Positions 1 to 8,100 of a DNA stretch of 50,290 nt are shown here, piece by piece. Each line of letters begins with the position of its first letter. The stretch's first letter is position 1. The stretch is taken from the NCBI GenBank assembly GCA_964365285.1, contig CAYIPF010000002.1, positions 1 to 50,290 on the forward strand, read 5' to 3'. Position numbers and translations under genes: made by a program. The notes under the pieces were generated by a model. The model worked only from the letters and a program-made list of their open reading frames with translations, made no database searches and was not told the origin of the DNA. The stretch is from an uncultured Candidatus Saccharibacteria bacterium (lineage in GTDB: Bacteria; Patescibacteriota; Minisyncoccia; Sungbacterales; JBBTQR01).

Positions 1-209
1 GCCATGAGTGCAAGATACAATGCATCTGAACCGTTTGAGACGCCAACACAATGCGAAATTGCAAGCGTTTCAGCAAATTTTTTTTCAAATAATTCAACTC
101 GCGAACCGAGAATAAAATAATTTTCTCTTAGAAACTTTTTCGTTTCAGCAAGATATTCTTTTTCAATCAGCGTTGTTGTGTATGAAAGATCAGTAAACGG
201 CACTTTCAT
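1..209 (-). CDS. DegT/DnrJ/EryC1/StrS-family sugar aminotransferase, N-terminal fragment (gene continues past the left edge)
   Basis: Not in the ORF track because it is truncated. ATG at 207-209 overlaps the upstream stop as ATGA. My translation MKVPFTDLSYTTTLIEKEYLAETKKFLRENYFILGSRVELFEKKFAETLAISHCVGVSNGSDALYLALM fits the family N-terminus (FE..FA....vgvsnGtdAL.lal). Confidence 0.75.
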   Translation of the reverse strand, partial: MKVPFTDLSYTTTLIEKEYLAETKKFLRENYFILGSRVELFEKKFAETLAISHCVGVSNGSDALYLALM

Positions 210-901
210 TTTAATCCCCCACCCTCAAGATACTTGATGCCCTCTGCGACCGTAGCAATGGCATACGCAGAATCTCCCGCTTCCATACGCCTGCGATATT
301 CAATAATTCGCGCACACTCAGAAGCAAAACGTCCTAAACGCGAAGTTGGCCCCATTTCCCCGGCAATCGACCGATGAATCACCTCTTCGTGCCAATTAAT
401 CCCCCAAAATGTGCTCGGCAAAAGCTGAAGCGGATAATTATACTGCGCACACACCGCAAGGCTTGTAAGAAAAGCCCTCGGCAAATGAAATGGAAGCGTT
501 ACAATTGCCACAGACCTAAATCCTTCCTTGCGGGCAATATCAATAAATTCAAGAGCTTCTTCGTGCGTATGTCGAGCAAAACGAGTCGCGCGAATATGCG
601 TCTCTGGAATTAAGTATTGCGTCATAAAAGCCCGTTTCCAAAATTGATAACCGGCGAGTCCAGTTTCATACTCAGGTAATCCATTTAAAACTATACAGCG
701 CGCCCCATGTGCGAGGCGAAAAACTTTAGCGACATGTTGTATTAACTGATACCTAAGATCGCCCCACGCGTGTACAAACACCGCATCAATCGGATGATGG
801 ACAAAATCCACTTCTTTGAATACCAGACGAGCAAATCGCGTCCATTCATTTGGATCGATTGATTTTATATAATTCTTGGATTTGGAACATGCGTTATCCA
901 C
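206..901 (-). CDS. YdcF/DUF218-like protein (tentative)
   Basis: 231-aa ORF with a GTG start at 899-901. Its stop overlaps the next start. The segment ARHTHEEALEFIDIARKEGFRSVAIVTLPFHLPRAF resembles the DUF218 core (nT.eNA....ilVTs.fHm.RA). Assignment is by eye only. Confidence 0.45.
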   Translation of the reverse strand: MDNACSKSKNYIKSIDPNEWTRFARLVFKEVDFVHHPIDAVFVHAWGDLRYQLIQHVAKVFRLAHGARCIVLNGLPEYETGLAGYQFWKRAFMTQYLIPETHIRATRFARHTHEEALEFIDIARKEGFRSVAIVTLPFHLPRAFLTSLAVCAQYNYPLQLLPSTFWGINWHEEVIHRSIAGEMGPTSRLGRFASECARIIEYRRRMEAGDSAYAIATVAEGIKYLEGGGLK

Positions 902-2103
902 TTCCCGCCTCCCTCCTCAAACCATTTTTGATATTTTTGTATTTCTTTCAGATGATTCCACACAAACAAAAGCGCGTAATCAGGATTTCGTTTTTTAAAC
1001 TCTTCCTGCGGAATAACAGGAATATGCATACCGGGATAATACATTCCCTGCTTTGCAGGCGTATTGTCGGTAACATATGGAATAAGTTCAGGAGTGATGC
1101 CGCAATAATTTGCGACGATCACGCCCTTGGACGACGCGCCAAAACCACACAGCGTTTTACCGGACTTCTTCAGCCCATAGAGAATATCGCGAAGCTTCTC
1201 GCGCGATGCTTTGATATTGCGCTCCAACAAAAGAAGTTTCAATTCAATATCGGTCTCGCGCGCGCGCCACTCGGCAACCGCGGGAGTTTCTTTATGAGTA
1301 TCACGATGCCCGATATACATTCGGAGCTCTCCGCCATGAACATCAATATGCTCGCAATGAAACACATGAAGCCCAAGGGATTCGAGCATGGTGTTCATAA
1401 AAGAAATCGTGAAATACCACACATGCTCATCGTAAATTTGATCATATGATGTTTTCTGAACGATATCGAGAAAATACGGATCCTCACAAACAAATATTCC
1501 GTGTTTTCCTATGAGCTGAGAAATGCACGAAAGATATGCTCCAAGCTCCTCGATGTGGCACGAGACATTCGCCGCAAAAACCAGATATATGCCTCGTTTT
1601 TGTACGCCGTACGATTCAAGAATCGCATGCACCGTTGCCATATTCATGAACGCGTTAATAACATTATGTCCGCGTTCACGGGATGTTCGAGCAACATTTG
1701 CAGACGGCTCAACGCCGACAGCAGGAATACCAAGCTCCTTCCACGCTTCCAACATAATTCCGTCGTTCGAGCCAATCTCAACAACGACACCGGAACCAAC
1801 ATACGGCTTTAATGCTTGTGCCGTCTCAAAGAAATGCTTTTGCATTCCTTTTGAGGTTGAAGAAAAAAACGCGTAATGGTCATGAAACATCATTTCCTGC
1901 GGAACAGTATTCACAAGTCCGATAGCGTGCGTTTCAGGATCAAATCCTAAAACCATATTGTACGAATATTCCCACTTGAGACCTTTTTTAATGGAATCGA
2001 ACTCGCTTTCAGACAGAAACGCATTCGCAATTGGCATCTGGCCAAAATCGATAACCGGCGATAATTTTGGGCGCAAGACCATCGAATCATTCACATCGTC
2101 CAT
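865..2103 (-). CDS. SAM-dependent NDP-hexose C-methyltransferase (TylCIII/NovU-like)
   Basis: 412-aa ORF. SAM-binding loop VVVEIGSNDGIMLE. C-terminal GFGASSKGVIVANYCGITPELIPYVTDNTPAKQGMYYPGMHIPVIPQEEF matches the C-methyltransferase C-terminal domain pattern. N-terminal PVIDFGQMPIANAFL corresponds to the usual Zn-ribbon region, but the Cys ligands are absent. GGAGGA lies 7 nt upstream of the ATG at 2103. Confidence 0.7.
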   Translation of the reverse strand: MDDVNDSMVLRPKLSPVIDFGQMPIANAFLSESEFDSIKKGLKWEYSYNMVLGFDPETHAIGLVNTVPQEMMFHDHYAFFSSTSKGMQKHFFETAQALKPYVGSGVVVEIGSNDGIMLEAWKELGIPAVGVEPSANVARTSRERGHNVINAFMNMATVHAILESYGVQKRGIYLVFAANVSCHIEELGAYLSCISQLIGKHGIFVCEDPYFLDIVQKTSYDQIYDEHVWYFTISFMNTMLESLGLHVFHCEHIDVHGGELRMYIGHRDTHKETPAVAEWRARETDIELKLLLLERNIKASREKLRDILYGLKKSGKTLCGFGASSKGVIVANYCGITPELIPYVTDNTPAKQGMYYPGMHIPVIPQEEFKKRNPDYALLFVWNHLKEIQKYQKWFEEGGGKWITHVPNPRII

Positions 2104-2137
2104 TCGCGCGTCCTCCTTTAATTCGGTCTATAAAGAC

Positions 2138-2190
2138 ATGTAAAAGAACAAACAAAAAGTACCATTATTGATGCTTTTGGTCAATTATTG
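2138..2190 (-). promoter_or_regulatory. 53-nt promoter cassette, copy 1 (TTGACC - 17 nt - TGgTACTTT)
   Basis: 50/53 identical to 4141-4193. On the minus strand the -35 TTGACC is at 2179-2184, followed by a 17-nt spacer and an extended -10 TGGTACTTT (-10 at 2156-2161). It lies about 35 nt upstream of the Shine-Dalgarno sequence and ATG of the C-methyltransferase gene. Confidence 0.55.
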
Positions 2191-2216
2191 AAGGGGCAAA
2201 TTCAACAAGTAAGTGC

Positions 2217-2248
2217 AAGAAAAAACACCCCATATTTTGTGGGGTGTT
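2217..2248 (-). terminator. rho-independent terminator after the aminotransferase gene
   Basis: Hairpin AACACCCCA / TGGGGTGTT (2224-2248) with a 7-nt loop, followed on the minus strand by a T-run (A-run at 2217-2225). Confidence 0.75.
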
Positions 2249-2266
2249 CTGCGCTCCATTATAAAT

Positions 2267-3412
2267 CTATAATTTTTGCTTTTTTATTACATCCTTTAAT
2301 GCGTTACAGTAGCGCTCAATTTGTTTGCGAGTAAGATCATATGCTGCCGGCAAGGTAATGGCCCTTGATGACACATCGTACGCAACCGGATTTATGCTCA
2401 CATCTCCCGTTTTATAACAAGAATACGCCGAAAGAGAAGAAAGAGGATAAAAAAATGGCCGTGAAGGAAAACCGCGAAGCGCAAGTTCTTCCATAACTTT
2501 TTGTTTTGTTAAGTTGTGTGATTTGCCAAACACAAGAGAAGTTGCCCATGCGCCATTGTACACATCTGCGGATTCTTCATTAAGCTGAATGTCGGAAACT
2601 TCGCCGAGAAAATCTCGATACATAAAAAACAACTCTCGTTTTCGCGCAATCAATTCATCGATTCGTTTAAATTGCGCATAACCAATCGCCGCCTGAATAT
2701 TAAACGGCATGTATTTTGGCGTTGCCTCAACGGTATAATATGGAATCGTTGCGTGTCTTCCATGATCCCGCAAAAACATTGCACGATTATAGAGACCCTC
2801 ATCATCAAGCAAAAGCATTCCACCTTCGCCGGTCGTTAATGTTTTCGTGCGATGAAAACTAAAAACAGAACCGATTCCAAAACTACCTGCTCGTTTTCCT
2901 TTATATTTTGACCCAAGCGCTTCAGCTGAATCTTCAATGAGCAAAATGTTTTTACTTTTCGCGATCTCTGTGAGTTGCTCCATGTGAGGCATATTGCCAA
3001 AAAGATCCACGGCAATAATTGCTTTTGTTTTTTTTGTGATTCTTTGTGCAACGCTTATTGGATCAAGACACCAATTTGATTTTTCAATATCGCAAAAAAT
3101 TGGCGTTGCGCGCACATAGGTAATTGGAGCCGAGCTTCCCGTCCATGTACACTCAGGAACAATAACTTCATCATCTTCTCCTACTCCTAACGCCAGAAGC
3201 AAAAGATGGATTGCTGTGGTACAGTTTGGCGTCATAATTCCAAATCTTCTGCCGTGATACCCGGCAAATTCACGCTGAAACGCCTCTACATATTCATAAC
3301 TTTTCCATCCTGTTCTCATTGCCTCGGTTACCACCGCAACTTCATATTCGGTTATCCACGGATCAGCCATCCGCATGTCATTCGGAAAACTATCGGACGC
3401 CTTACTATTCAT
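2267..3412 (-). CDS. DegT/DnrJ/EryC1/StrS-family PLP-dependent sugar aminotransferase
   Basis: The ORF track extends this to 3562, but that extension overlaps the acetyltransferase gene. The ATG at 3410-3412 (MNSKASDSF...) overlaps the upstream stop by 8 nt. Motifs PNCTTAIHLLLLALG and SFHRTKTLTTGEGGML (PLP-lysine motif SF...K....GEGG). Confidence 0.85.
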   Translation of the reverse strand: MNSKASDSFPNDMRMADPWITEYEVAVVTEAMRTGWKSYEYVEAFQREFAGYHGRRFGIMTPNCTTAIHLLLLALGVGEDDEVIVPECTWTGSSAPITYVRATPIFCDIEKSNWCLDPISVAQRITKKTKAIIAVDLFGNMPHMEQLTEIAKSKNILLIEDSAEALGSKYKGKRAGSFGIGSVFSFHRTKTLTTGEGGMLLLDDEGLYNRAMFLRDHGRHATIPYYTVEATPKYMPFNIQAAIGYAQFKRIDELIARKRELFFMYRDFLGEVSDIQLNEESADVYNGAWATSLVFGKSHNLTKQKVMEELALRGFPSRPFFYPLSSLSAYSCYKTGDVSINPVAYDVSSRAITLPAAYDLTRKQIERYCNALKDVIKKQKL

Positions 3413-4103
3413 GCGCAATGACCTCCTTTTTCGTGTATGGACGAGCGGGTATCCCAACAACGGTGCAATTTTCTGGTACGCATTTCGTAACAACTGCGCC
3501 AGCCCCAACAATAGCATCTGCGCCGATATGAAGCCGCGGCAAAACTGTTGCCCGCGCGGCAATCCATGCGTTTATTCCTACACGAACTAACCCGCAAAGC
3601 GTAGCGCCTGGACCGATCTCCACCGCATCTTCCAATACACACTCGTGATCAACGCTTGCATTTGCATTAATAATGCATTGTTTTCCGATAATTGCTTCCG
3701 GCTGAACAATCGCGCCGGCAAGAATTTGCACACCTTCACCAATAATAGCATTGTGTGCAATAATCGACTGTCGGTGCACCACATCAACGCACACAAGTCC
3801 TTCTAATTTGAGTTTATTCGAAAGACGCACACGCACACGCCCATGAGGATTCCCGATTGCGATACAAAATCCAATATTATTCCGGTCATTACCTTGACAA
3901 GAAATCCATTCAACAAATTCATTGCCCTGATATATTGGGATATCGACAAATGGCGAGAATAAGTTCGGCGTATCATCAAACACTGCAACAACTTTTGAGC
4001 CATACTCTTCAAGAATTGGACGAACAAGTTTTGCCTGTCCAGTTCCTCCCCAAATTATTACTCGCGACATTATCGTGATTGTTCTTGTCCCAAGATTAAA
4101 CAT
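3405..4103 (-). CDS. PglD/NeuD-family sugar N-acetyltransferase (left-handed beta-helix)
   Basis: 232 aa. GGAGG lies 5 nt upstream of the ATG at 4103. N-terminal Rossmann-like VIIWGGTGQAKLV is followed by hexapeptide repeats (IGEGVQILAGAIV, IGKQCIINANASV, IGPGATLCGLVRV, IGADAIVGAGAVV). Confidence 0.8.
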   Translation of the reverse strand: MFNLGTRTITIMSRVIIWGGTGQAKLVRPILEEYGSKVVAVFDDTPNLFSPFVDIPIYQGNEFVEWISCQGNDRNNIGFCIAIGNPHGRVRVRLSNKLKLEGLVCVDVVHRQSIIAHNAIIGEGVQILAGAIVQPEAIIGKQCIINANASVDHECVLEDAVEIGPGATLCGLVRVGINAWIAARATVLPRLHIGADAIVGAGAVVTKCVPENCTVVGIPARPYTKKEVIAHE

Positions 4104-4140
4104 TGAATCCTCCGTTTTTCCAATTTATCTCATATTTTCT

Positions 4141-4193
4141 ATGTAAAAGAACCTGCAAAAAGTACCATTATTGATGCTTTTGGTCAATTATTG
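4141..4193 (-). promoter_or_regulatory. 53-nt promoter cassette, copy 2
   Basis: Same sequence as 2138-2190 (3 substitutions). -35 at 4182-4187 and -10 at 4159-4164. It sits upstream of the acetyltransferase/aminotransferase pair. Confidence 0.55.
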
Positions 4194-4242
4194 TAACGCA
4201 TTGCAGAGAGTTAATGTTTTTTAATGCGTACACAGCGTACTT

Positions 4243-4273
4243 AAAAAAATACCCCGCATATGCGTGCGGGGTA
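4243..4273 (-). terminator. rho-independent terminator after the RmlC-like gene
   Basis: Hairpin TACCCCGCA / TGCGGGGTA (4250-4273), followed by T7 on the minus strand (A-run at 4243-4249). Confidence 0.8.
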
Positions 4274-4276
4274 GTA

Positions 4277-4732
4277 TCAACGATTCTTTATAGACCAATC
4301 AAAATCGATAGACGAATCGTCAAACGGAATTTTTGTCTCATCAGGATCTTTTGGGTCATACGGCTCATCTGTTGCGTATAACATACAAAGATTGGTATTC
4401 CCAAGAGCTTGGTATCCATGGGCAACGCCGGGAGGAATATAGACAATGCGACGACATTCGCTATTGAGATATATGACATCGGTCATTCCACGCGTTTCTG
4501 AATTCACGCGAAGGTCGTGCAGAACGACTTTTGCAAAACCGCTTATCACATGAAAACACTCCCCCTTTCTCTTGTGCATGTGAAACGCCTTAATCACGCC
4601 AGGGAACGCACATCCAATGCTTACCTGCTTAATCGAAAAAAAATTTCCACTTCCCTCTTTAAGAACTTCGCAAAAAAATCCGCGATCATCGTGATGTGGA
4701 AAAAGTTCATTAATGCATGTTCCCAAAATCAT
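4277..4732 (-). CDS. RmlC-like cupin (dTDP-4-dehydrorhamnose 3,5-epimerase family, short form)
   Basis: 151 aa. HHDDRGFFCEV, KAFHMHK, IPPGVAHGYQALG and YDPKDPDETKIPFDDSSIDFDW fit the RmlC pattern. GAGGTGAGG Shine-Dalgarno sequence just upstream of the ATG. Confidence 0.65.
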   Translation of the reverse strand: MILGTCINELFPHHDDRGFFCEVLKEGSGNFFSIKQVSIGCAFPGVIKAFHMHKRKGECFHVISGFAKVVLHDLRVNSETRGMTDVIYLNSECRRIVYIPPGVAHGYQALGNTNLCMLYATDEPYDPKDPDETKIPFDDSSIDFDWSIKNR

Positions 4733-4740
4733 ACCTCACC

Positions 4741-5682
4741 TCACAAGTTGATTGTTTCTTTAATCTGGTATGGCTGTTTCCCCTGCGATTCATAATAGAT
4801 GCGCATGAGAATTTCAGCGACAATTCCGGTGACAATGAACTGGACGCCGACTAATATAAGGAAAATTGAAAGAATTGGCAAGGGCGTGCGCACAAAACTT
4901 GTGCCCATAAATTTTAATACCAACGCCCCGCCTCCAGCCAATAACCCGAGAAAAAATGTTCCAAGTCCAAGACCGCCAAAAAAATGTATCGGACGCGACA
5001 TATACACCACCAAAAACTTCATAAACAAAAGATCAAGAACAACACGAAATGTCCGTGAAAAACCATATTTACTTTTACCAAAACGGCGTGGCGTATAAGA
5101 AACCGGCAATTCACCTATTTTTGCGCCCTGAAGATACGCGTACGCCGGCATGAAACGATGCATCTCGCCATACAAAGGGATATCGGAAATAACTTTTCGG
5201 CGATACACCTTTAATGTACAACCATAATCATGAAGCTTGGCCCCGCCAATATTTGAGATGAGATAATTTGCAACCATTGAAGGAAGCTTACGAGAAATAA
5301 AATTTCCCTGCCAACGATTAACACGCCAACCGGAGACAACGTCAAGTTTTTCGTTTTTGAGCTTTGCGATAAGCTTTGGAATATCAGCGGGATCATTTTC
5401 CAGATCACTGTCTATGGTAATGAGAATCTCCCCTTTAGCCGCCTGAATGCCCGCAGAAAGCGCCGCGGTCTGACCAAAATTTCGCGCAAAATGGATGAGT
5501 TTTAGCTTTTTATATTCTTTGGCAATTTCAGAAAGCTCTTCAAAGCTTCCGTCAATTGATCCGTCGTCAATAGCCAGAAGTTCATACTCTTCGCCAATGG
5601 CATCTACAACAGACCGCAACGCCTTTAAAAGCGGTTTGATATTTTCTCGTTCGTTATATATTGGAAAAATTATTGAAATCAT
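4741..5682 (-). CDS. GT2 polyprenyl-phosphate sugar synthase (GtrB/ArnC/DPM1-like) with C-terminal TM helices
   Basis: 313 aa. ISIIFPIYNERENI, LLAIDDGSIDGS and ITIDSDLENDP (DXD) motifs. Two hydrophobic helices at the C-terminus. Confidence 0.85.
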   Translation of the reverse strand: MISIIFPIYNERENIKPLLKALRSVVDAIGEEYELLAIDDGSIDGSFEELSEIAKEYKKLKLIHFARNFGQTAALSAGIQAAKGEILITIDSDLENDPADIPKLIAKLKNEKLDVVSGWRVNRWQGNFISRKLPSMVANYLISNIGGAKLHDYGCTLKVYRRKVISDIPLYGEMHRFMPAYAYLQGAKIGELPVSYTPRRFGKSKYGFSRTFRVVLDLLFMKFLVVYMSRPIHFFGGLGLGTFFLGLLAGGGALVLKFMGTSFVRTPLPILSIFLILVGVQFIVTGIVAEILMRIYYESQGKQPYQIKETINL

Positions 5683-7277
5683 TGTTTTCGTCTATAAAGA
5701 AGGAGCGTCCCCCCATCATTGCCTTCCGTATATTTCCGAGGATATACATTTAATTCGGTTGCAATCAATTCAAACCTATCATTCAAGATTTTCTTAAATT
5801 CTTCAAGTTTTTCCGGTACATTTTCCGTTCCTTTCCCCCAAAATGGAGAGCGGACATAAGGCGTTGACCATGTTTCTTGGTGCATAACAATGTAATTTGT
5901 TTCATTGCGAGCCCAATCCAAAAGCATTTCCATATTATAAAAACCGTAACGCTTTACCCATTCAGTATCCGTAATTGCCAGAAAAAGAAAATTTCTGTTT
6001 ACCAACGGCGGAAAAGTTCGAAGATCCGCGGTAAAAACATGCCCCACCGTGTTATCGAAAGCAAGAATTGTTTCGCCCTTTGGTATATAACGCCTCAATA
6101 CGGCAGCGCCGCGATCGAGACGGTGAAGATCGGTCTCTACGCGCGGATCGGAAAAAAGATCGGTACGATAAAGATTTGTGCCAAGATTCATGCCAAGAAC
6201 CACCGCAAACAAAATAAGTGCGTATTTTTTATCATTAAAAAATTTCGCAATTCCTACTGTTATGACAAGCGCGATTAAAGGCATGAAATAGTTGGCATAA
6301 TAAACGCTTCCAACAAAACGCCAATAAAAATAATGTGCCCCGAGAAGACCAAACGATAAAAATAGAAGTAACGCGTACAAACGCTCAGCTCTAAGAAATT
6401 CAAACAACGCCCTTCTCTTGTCTAAAAAAATGGAAATGACAACGAAAAGAAAAAATAAAACAAAGCCATAATATTCCTTAAGAAATTGGGTTAAAATTTC
6501 TAAAAATTCCATAAACGACGGCATGCTTATGGTGTTTATAGGAAGCTCCTTGTAAAAACCGTAACTAAAAAACGCACTCAAAAGATGCCCTAGAGCAACG
6601 GATGGATTTGGAATAATTATAGGCAGATATCCAAACGCTATAACGAAAATCGCTGTTAATCCGTATAGCATAAAAGAGCGCAATGGGGCGTTCATGATAA
6701 AAAGATACGCTATATAAATCGGTATAATAACCGCCATATTCGATCTCGCAAGAAACAATATTCCCGTCATAAAACCAGAAAAAAATGCTCGCTTTGTCCA
6801 AGATATTTCACGCAGTTCCAACCAAACCATGAACATAAGCAAAAACATGGTCATAGCATACATGGTGGCGGTTATATAATTAGAAACGAGAAGAAGGTTT
6901 GTAAACGTAAGAGCGACAGCGCCAATCCCCGCCCACCGACCGCCCAGTTTTTTCCCGACACAGTACACCAAACCTATTAATCCTATAAAAAATAATGCGG
7001 ACAAAACCCTACCGACATAAATACTTGGTCCAAAAAAATATTGAACGAGTCCGTATGTCGGAATAACAAGTGGAGGATAATAAAAAGCGCCAGTTACGAA
7101 AGGAATGGACTCGCCCTTGAGAATAAGATAACTCCGAAATGCTGAAAAGTATTCGTCAACATACATCTCGCGAAAGAAAAATGAAATTATAATTTCGCCA
7201 ATAAAAATAATCGCAATAAAAAATACTGCGCCATAAAACATCCTGTCTGATTTTTCTCTATTTAGATTTAGCCACAT
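5679..7277 (-). CDS. GT-C fold polytopic glycosyltransferase (PMT_2/ArnT-like)
   Basis: 532 aa with more than 10 hydrophobic segments. First-loop acidic motif MYVDEYFSA (the DE motif of the PMT/ArnT families). Roughly 150-aa soluble C-terminal domain. 4-nt overlap with the GT2 gene. Confidence 0.75.
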   Translation of the reverse strand: MWLNLNREKSDRMFYGAVFFIAIIFIGEIIISFFFREMYVDEYFSAFRSYLILKGESIPFVTGAFYYPPLVIPTYGLVQYFFGPSIYVGRVLSALFFIGLIGLVYCVGKKLGGRWAGIGAVALTFTNLLLVSNYITATMYAMTMFLLMFMVWLELREISWTKRAFFSGFMTGILFLARSNMAVIIPIYIAYLFIMNAPLRSFMLYGLTAIFVIAFGYLPIIIPNPSVALGHLLSAFFSYGFYKELPINTISMPSFMEFLEILTQFLKEYYGFVLFFLFVVISIFLDKRRALFEFLRAERLYALLLFLSFGLLGAHYFYWRFVGSVYYANYFMPLIALVITVGIAKFFNDKKYALILFAVVLGMNLGTNLYRTDLFSDPRVETDLHRLDRGAAVLRRYIPKGETILAFDNTVGHVFTADLRTFPPLVNRNFLFLAITDTEWVKRYGFYNMEMLLDWARNETNYIVMHQETWSTPYVRSPFWGKGTENVPEKLEEFKKILNDRFELIATELNVYPRKYTEGNDGGTLLLYRRKQ

Positions 7278-7280
7278 ATA

Positions 7281-8096
7281 CTATTTTTTACGCGCGAAAA
7301 GATAAATTGAAGCCGCGACATCCTCTGCAAACTGAGATTTCGAAAGCGCAAAGTCAAAAATGCGCAATGGAGCAAAAAGAACTATAAAAAAATCTCTCAA
7401 TAAAGAATACCATGACTGGGAACCAAATGAAAAAATAAGCGCGATTGTATATGCCAAAGAGATGGTCAAGGCGGTTATGGGCCCGCCATCAATCCCAGAA
7501 CGAATAATATTAAAGTTCGCCAGACGATGGTCAAACCAGCCAAGCGTAAAACGAACATAATCATTCGGCGCTGAATGGAATGGATACATAAACGGAACGG
7601 CGCAATAAAAATACCCGTTCGGTTTCAACACCCTTATCATTTCGGCTAACGCCTTTTCAGGTTCTGGCATATGCTCCAACAATGAAATTGAAATTATCAT
7701 ATCAACAGACTCGTCGACAAATGGCAGATCTACAGCATCAGCAACAATATGAACTCCGGAATACGCACAGCAATCAAGATTTATTATAGCATTCCCAATG
7801 CGACTGATACCAGAACCGATGTTAACAACCGTTTTCTCTGAATACCCGCGTGGAAAAGCGATTGCCAGCGCCCTTGGAACGCCAAGGCTTTGCTCAAAAA
7901 AAGCGTTCATAAACGCCGTGATAAATTCATAGAACTTCGGAATTTTTTTCTTAACGCGCTCTCTAAAATCATTGCTTTGCGTGTTTGATGAGAGAACTTT
8001 TATATTTATAGGAATGAAAAAAAATACACCACGCTCTTCTTTAAGAGGTTGCCGTTTTATCATACAGTTAATTTTTGCTTTTATATCCTGATCCAT
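7281..8096 (-). CDS. class I SAM-dependent methyltransferase
   Basis: 271 aa. VVNIGSGISRIG (motif I), DLPFVDESVDMIISISLLEHMPEPEKALAEMIRVLKPNGYF (Methyltransf_11-like). Hydrophobic C-terminus. Confidence 0.75.
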   Translation of the reverse strand: MDQDIKAKINCMIKRQPLKEERGVFFFIPINIKVLSSNTQSNDFRERVKKKIPKFYEFITAFMNAFFEQSLGVPRALAIAFPRGYSEKTVVNIGSGISRIGNAIINLDCCAYSGVHIVADAVDLPFVDESVDMIISISLLEHMPEPEKALAEMIRVLKPNGYFYCAVPFMYPFHSAPNDYVRFTLGWFDHRLANFNIIRSGIDGGPITALTISLAYTIALIFSFGSQSWYSLLRDFFIVLFAPLRIFDFALSKSQFAEDVAASIYLFARKK

Positions 8097-8100
8097 TTCG

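Noticed and set aside
892-900. TTATCCACT, a near-DnaA box at the start of the DUF218-like gene
   Set aside because: It is a single 1-mismatch occurrence inside coding sequence, which is expected by chance in 50 kb.
850-1449. Plus-strand ORFs of 60-190 aa throughout (e.g. 850-1449, 11610-12179, 21461-21883, 30463-30912, 49325-49852, 28320-28601)
   Set aside because: All lie antisense within well-supported minus-strand (or, for 28320-28601, plus-strand) genes. They have low-complexity or basic compositions and no recognisable motifs. These are typical shadow ORFs.
3413-3562. 50-codon N-terminal extension of the aminotransferase ORF (the track version starts at 3562)
   Set aside because: The extension lies entirely inside the acetyltransferase gene in another frame and has no family similarity. 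The internal ATG at 3412 gives a normal DegT N-terminus with an 8-nt overlap.
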